Part shown: positions 58,220 through 64,000 of the stretch, piece after piece
Layout: each line of letters begins with the position of its first letter
Position numbering within the stretch: position 1 is the stretch's first letter
DNA from: Candidatus Krumholzibacteriia bacterium
Lineage (GTDB): Bacteria; Krumholzibacteriota; Krumholzibacteriia; JAJRXK01
Length of the DNA stretch: 64,000 bases
NCBI GenBank assembly: GCA_041484665.1
Contig: JBGPIA010000001.1
Span: 64,001-128,000, forward strand
Reading direction: 5' to 3'
Translations under genes and position numbers: made by a program
The notes under the pieces: generated by a model
Seen by the model: the letters and a program-made list of their open reading frames with translations, nothing else
The model's database searches: none
Told to the model about the DNA's origin: nothing

Positions 58220-59254
58220 TCATGCGTCGGTCGCGCGCTGCGACATGCGCATCGCCGCGACGCTGCTGGCGCCATGCCCAGAGAAGGCGGCGGCCAGCTC
58301 ACCGACGAGCCGATTCCCCAGATCCGGCTCCGCGAACAACTGCGTCCCGACCTGCACACCGCTGGCGCCTACCACGAGGAACGAGAGGACGTCGTCCACG
58401 CACGTGATCCCGCCCACGCCGATGATCGGGAGCGAGACGGCCTGGGCAACCTCCCACACCTTGGCCAGGGCGATGGGCAGGATCGCCGGGCCGCTGTAGC
58501 CGGCGGTGCCGCGTGGAAAAACCGGCCGGCGCTCCTTCAGATCGACCGCCAGCCCGAGCACGGTGTTGATGCAGGTCACCGCGTCGGCGCCGGCACGCTC
58601 GGCAGCCTGGGCGAGCTGCGCGATCGACGTGACGTTGGGCGTCAGCTTCACCCACAGCGCCTTGTCCGTGGGCAGAGCCGTGCGCGAAAGCTGGGTGATG
58701 CGAGCGACGCAGTCGCGGTCGGTGCCGAAGTCCAGCCCGCCGTGGGCGACGTTGGGGCAGCTCAGGTTCAGCTCGACGGCGTCCCAGCCGCCGTGGCGGG
58801 AGAGCTCGCGGATCATGGTGGCGAACTCCACCTCCTCGCGCCCGGCCAGGCTCACGATCACGCGCACACGTCGCTCGCGCAGCTGGGGTAGCTTCTCGCG
58901 CACGAACGCAGCCAGTCCCACGTTCTCCAGGCCGATCGAGTTGAGCATCCCGTGGGGCAGCTCGCGCACGCGCGGCTGGGGATTGCCGGCGCGCGGTTCG
59001 ACGGTGATGGTCTTGGTGACGACTCCGCCCAGCTCAGCGGGATCGACGAGGTCGAGGAAGTCCAGCCCGTAGCCCCAAGTGCCCGAAGCGGTGAAGATCG
59101 GGTTGGCGAACGTCACCGGACCAGTGCGGACGCTCAGGTCGACGCGCGAAGGGTCGCCGGACCCGCCCGGCGTCGCCCCGGCCGCAGGCGCAGCCGGCGG
59201 AGTCACGGAACGCGCCCCCCAGGTGCCTTCGCGATCGCGCGGAAGCTCAGCCAT
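58220..59254 (-). CDS. pyrD: Dihydroorotate dehydrogenase B, catalytic subunit
   Basis: NPIFTASGT, NSIGLEN, ELNLSCPN, KLTPN, INT, IIGVGGI. Confidence 0.94.
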   Translation of the reverse strand: MAELPRDREGTWGARSVTPPAAPAAGATPGGSGDPSRVDLSVRTGPVTFANPIFTASGTWGYGLDFLDLVDPAELGGVVTKTITVEPRAGNPQPRVRELPHGMLNSIGLENVGLAAFVREKLPQLRERRVRVIVSLAGREEVEFATMIRELSRHGGWDAVELNLSCPNVAHGGLDFGTDRDCVARITQLSRTALPTDKALWVKLTPNVTSIAQLAQAAERAGADAVTCINTVLGLAVDLKERRPVFPRGTAGYSGPAILPIALAKVWEVAQAVSLPIIGVGGITCVDDVLSFLVVGASGVQVGTQLFAEPDLGNRLVGELAAAFSGHGASSVAAMRMSQRATDA

Positions 59255-60170
59255 AGGCGATCTCCTCGAGGCGGAATACCGGGCCCTCCTTGCAGACGGT
59301 ACGCATGCGACTCTCGCAGGCGTCGGGCACGACGCACGCGCGGCAAACGCCGGCGCCGCACCCCATCTGCGCTTCCAGGCAGAGCCACAGCGGCACGTTG
59401 CTCTGCCGGCAGGTGCGCGCCACCTCACGCATCATGGGCGTTGGTCCGCAGGTGGCCACGACCGCGTCGGGCTGCTGCTCGAGCGCCTCACGCAGACCGT
59501 CGGTGACCATGCCCTGGCGCATGCCCGCGGCACGGTCGGGCTCCCGTTCGACCCACAGCCGCCAGTTGTCGCTGCGGCGGTCGAACAGCTCCGTGGGGAT
59601 ATCGGAGGGAGTGCGCGCGCCAAACAGGCCCAGCGGCGCTGGGGTGCTGGCGGAGGCAAGCCGCTCGGCTGCGAGCTCGCGTGCCAACAGGTGCAACGGC
59701 ACGATCCCGACGCCGCCCGCCACCATCACGAGGGGGCCCGCGCGCAACTGTGGGTCGTCGAACGGGCGCCCCAACGGCGCGAACACCCGCACCCGGTCGC
59801 CGGCCGACAGCTTCGCGAGCGCGCGCGAGCCCCGGCCAACGGCCTTGACCAGGATCTCCATGGCGCCCGGCCCGGCCCGCTCGCTCAGCTCGCCCGTCCC
59901 GGCCATCGCCCTGGGTCCGCCGGGTCGGCCCAGGCGGCCCGGGGCCGGCGGCTTGTAGTCGAGGATGCTGAATGGCCGTCCGAGCAGACAGCCGGCGCGC
60001 AGCGGGTGCACCATGGCGAACTGGCCGGCGCGCGGCATCTGCTGCAGGTCGACGTCGATGGTGAGGATGACGGTGTCGTGCGCCACCGTGCGATTGCCGC
60101 GCACCGCGCAGATGCCCAGCGTGCGCCGCGGGGCCAGCTCAGCGGAGGCCGTCGCGCCGGGATCGCTCAC
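59247..60170 (-). CDS. pyrK: Dihydroorotate dehydrogenase electron transfer subunit
   Basis: GQFAMV, RPFSI, VAGGVGIVP, CGPTPMM, EAQMGCGAGVCRAC, CKEGPVF. Confidence 0.92.
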   Translation of the reverse strand: MSDPGATASAELAPRRTLGICAVRGNRTVAHDTVILTIDVDLQQMPRAGQFAMVHPLRAGCLLGRPFSILDYKPPAPGRLGRPGGPRAMAGTGELSERAGPGAMEILVKAVGRGSRALAKLSAGDRVRVFAPLGRPFDDPQLRAGPLVMVAGGVGIVPLHLLARELAAERLASASTPAPLGLFGARTPSDIPTELFDRRSDNWRLWVEREPDRAAGMRQGMVTDGLREALEQQPDAVVATCGPTPMMREVARTCRQSNVPLWLCLEAQMGCGAGVCRACVVPDACESRMRTVCKEGPVFRLEEIAYG

Positions 60171-60189
60171 GGGTCGCCCATCGGCCCAC

Positions 60190-61848
60190 TCACGGCCTGC
60201 GCTGCGGCTTGGCGGAGCCCGGGCCCCCCAGGCGCAGAGCGCGCCATGACTGCTCCGCCGGCGGGATGTCGCGATCGGTGAGCCACGCTTTGTCATGTCC
60301 CTCGTGGCCGTGCCGGCGCGCCGTCTCGTCGCCAGCGCCGGGGGTCGCCCCGGATCCGGCTCCCGCGCCCGGTTGTGCTTCCACCTCGCCGGAGGCAGCG
60401 CCGGCGCCTGGCGCTCCCGGTCTGCCCGCGCCGGCCTCGCTGTCGCCCGCTTTGGGCTTGGGGCGCGGCCGGGGATCGAGGAAGACTGCGCCGTCCAGCG
60501 CGAGCGCTTGCGGTGACTGCGGGTACTTCTCACGCAACAGCGTGTACATGACCTGCGCCGAGTCGGGGCGAGCCACCAGCTCGCTCTCGATGTAGCCGAT
60601 GGCGTACGCCGAGCGCGGCGCGAGCGGGCTGTCGGGATGCTCCTGGAGCAGCTTGCGGTAGCACTCCAGCGCGCGCTCCGGCTGCTCCAGCTCCACCAGC
60701 AGCAGCTCGGCCAGCTGGAAGGCGGCCCGCGGGGCGCTCGCGGAGTCCGCCTTCGCCAGCTGTTCCTTGAGCTGACTGTAGCGCGCGAGCTGGCGCTGCA
60801 GCGCCTGGACCTGCTTGCCGAAGTCGCCGCCCCCCTTGTCGTCGATCGCGGTCTGCAGCTGGTCGGCGACCCGCTTCTCGTCGGGCCCGTGCGTCTTGAG
60901 TAGGTGCTCGGCGATGGCGTAACGCGCTTCGGACTCGAAGGGCTTGCCCTTGAACTCGGTGGCCGCCGCCTCCAGGATGCTGATCCCCTGGTCAGCCTGG
61001 CCCTGGTCCAGGCGGAGCTCCCCCTGCAGCACGAGCGTTTCGCCCCGCTTCTTGTAGAAGTCCGCGTCCTTCTCGAGATTAGCCAGCAAGTCGGCCGCCT
61101 CCTTCGCGCGCGCCAGGCCGCGCAGCGCCTGCACCCGCATGAAGTCAGCCGTGAATTGCTGCTCGCCCGTGGCCTTCTTGCGATCGATGCCGGAAAGGAC
61201 CGGCTCGGCATCAGCAAACCGCTCCTGATCGATGTAGAGCTGCCCGAGCTCCAGCTGCACCTGGGTTCGCGCAGCGTGCTTGGGGTAGTTCTTCAGATAC
61301 TGCGCGTAGTAGTCGGTGGCCTGGTCGTAGCGCTTCTCGCGTGCGTGGATCTGGCCCAGGCGGTAGAGCGCCTCCACGCCGAAGCGGCTGTTGGGGTAGT
61401 CACGGCTCAGTTGGCCCAGCAGGTCCATGCTCGGCTGCTGCTCCCCCACCTCCAAGTGCGCGACACTCTTGAGGTAGACCGCTTCCTCGACGAACTCCGA
61501 CTTGGGAAAGTTGGCGAGCAGGTTGTCGAAGCCGTGGATGGCCTTGCGGTAGTCCTTGAGGCCGAAATAGGAGCGGCCCATGTAGAACAGGGCGTCGTCG
61601 ATCAGCCCGCTGTCAGGATACTCGTCGAGCACTCCCTGGCACTTCTGGATGCAGACCTGGTACTTGCTGCGCTGCTGCCCGGTAGGCTGGCTGCGTGGAT
61701 CGACGTTCTTGCCCAAATCGAGCGCATCGGAGTAGGCCTTCTTCGCGTTGTAGAAGGTGTTGTAGTACGCGCAGCCAACCAGCAGCGTGGCGCCGCAGGT
61801 CAGCGCGGCGAAAAGGGCACGCAGCGTCGCGTGCCTGGCCAACCGCAC
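60190..61848 (-). CDS. TPR lipoprotein (BamD/CpoB-like repeats); start uncertain
   Basis: Lipobox LVGC followed by AYYNTFYNAKK; repeated YPxS...A.Y TPR units. Confidence 0.8.
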   Translation of the reverse strand: MRLARHATLRALFAALTCGATLLVGCAYYNTFYNAKKAYSDALDLGKNVDPRSQPTGQQRSKYQVCIQKCQGVLDEYPDSGLIDDALFYMGRSYFGLKDYRKAIHGFDNLLANFPKSEFVEEAVYLKSVAHLEVGEQQPSMDLLGQLSRDYPNSRFGVEALYRLGQIHAREKRYDQATDYYAQYLKNYPKHAARTQVQLELGQLYIDQERFADAEPVLSGIDRKKATGEQQFTADFMRVQALRGLARAKEAADLLANLEKDADFYKKRGETLVLQGELRLDQGQADQGISILEAAATEFKGKPFESEARYAIAEHLLKTHGPDEKRVADQLQTAIDDKGGGDFGKQVQALQRQLARYSQLKEQLAKADSASAPRAAFQLAELLLVELEQPERALECYRKLLQEHPDSPLAPRSAYAIGYIESELVARPDSAQVMYTLLREKYPQSPQALALDGAVFLDPRPRPKPKAGDSEAGAGRPGAPGAGAASGEVEAQPGAGAGSGATPGAGDETARRHGHEGHDKAWLTDRDIPPAEQSWRALRLGGPGSAKPQRRP

Positions 61849-61879
61849 GTCCGCCGATTCCGCGCCGCGATTGCGGCCC

Positions 61880-63244
61880 TCAGGCAATGGCCGCCTCTTC
61901 CAGTCTGCCGCGGAGCGCATACGTCGTCTTCCCCTCCAGGCAGGTGCCGATCACCCGCCCCGTGAGCGAACGTCCCAGCCAAGGACAATTGCGGGACTTG
62001 CTCTTGAGGTCACCCTCACGGGGGGTCCACTGCTCACCGGGGTCGATCAGGGTAAAATCGGCAGGGGTGCCCGGCGCGAGCGACGCGCCCGGCAGGCCCA
62101 AGATACGTGCGGGGCCGGTCGTCAACAACTCCACCAGGCGCGGCAACGTCAGGGGGCCCCGGCGCACCAGACGGTCGTGGCAGGCTGCGAAGCTGGTCTC
62201 CAGCCCGATCACGCCGAACGGCGCCTCTCCGAACGGCCGCTCCTTCTCGGTAACGGTGTGCGGCGCGTGGTCGGTGGCGATCGCTTCGAGCGTGCCGTCC
62301 ACGAGCCCTTCGATCAGCGCCTCCTGGTCGTGCATGGCGCGCAGCGGCGGATTCATCTTGAAGCGGGTGTCGTAACCCGCGCACTCGGCGTCGGTGAAGT
62401 CGAGGAAATGCGGCGCCGTCTCGGCGGTCACGGCCAGCCCCTCGTGCTTGGCGCGGCGCACTAGCTCCACTACGTCCTTGCTGCTGACGTGTGCCACGTG
62501 CAGGCGCGCGCCGGTCAGGCGCGCCAGCTCGATGTCGCGCGCGACCGCCACCGTCTCGGCGGCCCTGGGGATCCCACGCAGCCCCAGGCGGGTGCTCCAG
62601 GCTCCCTCATTCATCGCGCCGCCGCGGGAGAGGCTGCGGTCCTGCGCGTGGGTGATCAGGGGAACGCCGAGCATCCGGCTGTACTCCATGGCGCGGCGCA
62701 TGATGGCGCCGTCGGCGACCCAGCGTCCGTCATCGGTGAAGGCCACGGCGCCCGCCGCGATCAGCTCGTCGTACTCGCACATCTGGGTGCCGTCCAGGCC
62801 CTGCGTGATGGCGGCCGCGGGATGCACCCGGCAGAGACCCGCGGCGCGGGCGCGCTCGAGCACCAGGCATACCCCGCCGGCATTATCGATGGGCGGGCTG
62901 GTGTTGGGCATGGTCACGACGCGGGTGAACCCACCGGCGGCGGCCGCGGCGCAGCCGGTGGCCACGGTCTCCTTGTCCTCCTGCCCCGGCTCGCGGAAGT
63001 GGACGTGGATGTCCCACAGCCCGGGCGCCAGCACGGCGCCCAGGACGTCGACCCGTCGGACGGCAGCTTGCCCCTGCTGCGCCAGTGACTGCGGCACCGG
63101 ACCCGCGCCGCAGGAGACGACCACCCCGTCGTCGGCCACCAAGTGGCCAGCGGCGTCGACGCCACGGGCGGGATCGACGACGCGCGCGTTGAGCACGACC
63201 AGACGGCCTGGGGCCGGGCGGCCGGCGCGATCGCTCATGGACAT
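61880..63244 (-). CDS. pyrC: Dihydroorotase
   Basis: DIHVHFREPG, MPNT, HVAHVS, KMNPPLR, ATDHAPH. Confidence 0.95.
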   Translation of the reverse strand: MSMSDRAGRPAPGRLVVLNARVVDPARGVDAAGHLVADDGVVVSCGAGPVPQSLAQQGQAAVRRVDVLGAVLAPGLWDIHVHFREPGQEDKETVATGCAAAAAGGFTRVVTMPNTSPPIDNAGGVCLVLERARAAGLCRVHPAAAITQGLDGTQMCEYDELIAAGAVAFTDDGRWVADGAIMRRAMEYSRMLGVPLITHAQDRSLSRGGAMNEGAWSTRLGLRGIPRAAETVAVARDIELARLTGARLHVAHVSSKDVVELVRRAKHEGLAVTAETAPHFLDFTDAECAGYDTRFKMNPPLRAMHDQEALIEGLVDGTLEAIATDHAPHTVTEKERPFGEAPFGVIGLETSFAACHDRLVRRGPLTLPRLVELLTTGPARILGLPGASLAPGTPADFTLIDPGEQWTPREGDLKSKSRNCPWLGRSLTGRVIGTCLEGKTTYALRGRLEEAAIA

Positions 63245-63292
63245 GGGCTCCTCCTGTGGCCTGGTGCCGGGCGGCCGGCCCGGCGCGCCGAT

Positions 63293-64000
63293 CTACTCGA
63301 AGCTGTCGCCCACACCCTCCAGCGCGCCACCCGACACCAGGTAGAGCACCGCCATGCGGACCGCCACCCCGTTGACTACCTGCTCCAGGATCACCTGGCG
63401 CTCGCCGTCGGCCACCTGGCTGCTGATCTCCACGTCGCGGTTGATGGGGCCGGGGTGCATGACGAAGCACTCCGGGCGGGTGGCTGACAACAGCTCGTCG
63501 TCGACTCGAAAACGCCGCACGTACTCGCGCTGGCTGGGAAAGATCTGCTCCTCGATGCGCTCGAACTGGATGCGCAGGACGTTGATGCAGTCGGCGTCGC
63601 GCACGGCCTTGCGCAGGTCGTGCTCCACCGCGCAGCCCATCGCCTCGATCCCGGCCGGGATCATGGGCGGCGGACCGCAGACGACGACCTTGGCGCCCAG
63701 CTTCGTGAGCCCCCAGATGTTGCTGCGTGCCACGCGGGAATGGGCAATGTCGCCGACGATCACGACCTTCCTGCCGGAGACCGTCCCGAGCTTCTGACGC
63801 ATCGTCATGATGTCGAGCAGCCCCTGCGTGGGGTGCTCGTGCATGCCGTCACCGGCGTTGATCACGCTGGCGTGGACACGGTCGGCCAGGTAGCGCGCCG
63901 CCCCGCTCTGACCGTGACGGATCACGATCATGTCCACCTTCATGGCCAGGATGTTCTCGGCGGTGTCCTTGAGGGTCTCCCCTTTCACCACCGAGCTGGT
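63293..64000 (-). CDS. pyrB: Aspartate carbamoyltransferase catalytic subunit (5' part outside window)
   Basis: KGETLKDT, INAGDG.HEHPTQGLLD, GDIAHSRVARSN, MHPGPINR. Confidence 0.96.
   Translation of the reverse strand, partial: TSSVVKGETLKDTAENILAMKVDMIVIRHGQSGAARYLADRVHASVINAGDGMHEHPTQGLLDIMTMRQKLGTVSGRKVVIVGDIAHSRVARSNIWGLTKLGAKVVVCGPPPMIPAGIEAMGCAVEHDLRKAVRDADCINVLRIQFERIEEQIFPSQREYVRRFRVDDELLSATRPECFVMHPGPINRDVEISSQVADGERQVILEQVVNGVAVRMAVLYLVSGGALEGVGDSFE

Noticed and set aside
1..64000. tRNA, rRNA, integrase or transposase genes
   Set aside because: None recognised by eye; a tRNAscan/Infernal run would be needed to exclude them fully

Overview
High-GC bacterial chromosomal window. C-terminal PNPFNP/FlgD-Ig sorting domains and a SWGxxKALY tail suggest an FCB-related candidate lineage such as Eisenbacteria, Krumholzibacteria or Latescibacteria (inference). 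Housekeeping content: aceA 3' end, RluA, fba, an lpdA-E1a-E1b-E2-lipB-lipA 2-oxoacid dehydrogenase operon, a nucleotide-sugar/WecA cluster and pyrB-pyrC-(TPR)-pyrK-pyrD. Envelope and signalling content: an ECF sigma/Ser-Thr kinase pair, PstS-like/TPR genes followed by STAS-exbB-exbD-exbD-tonB, an ECF/anti-sigma pair, a MoxR-DUF58-VWA cluster and TetR/S41 peptidase. The best candidate for an undescribed system is at about 30.3-38.4 kb. It encodes a PqqD-like RiPP recognition element, a lasso-B2-type leader peptidase, an HPr-kinase-like enzyme and two tiny precursor genes not called as such in the ORF track. The precursors have lasso-type leaders but 8-9 aa cores (FTNFGPPGS, FTNFGPPS) that cannot form a lasso ring, no lasso cyclase is present, and the precursors sit between two large secreted proteins. 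Also notable: a HemC homolog with most catalytic residues lost, a CHAT-domain deletion remnant, a G7-tract frameshift and a degenerate ABC ATPase. All family calls come from motif recognition by eye; no database searches were run.
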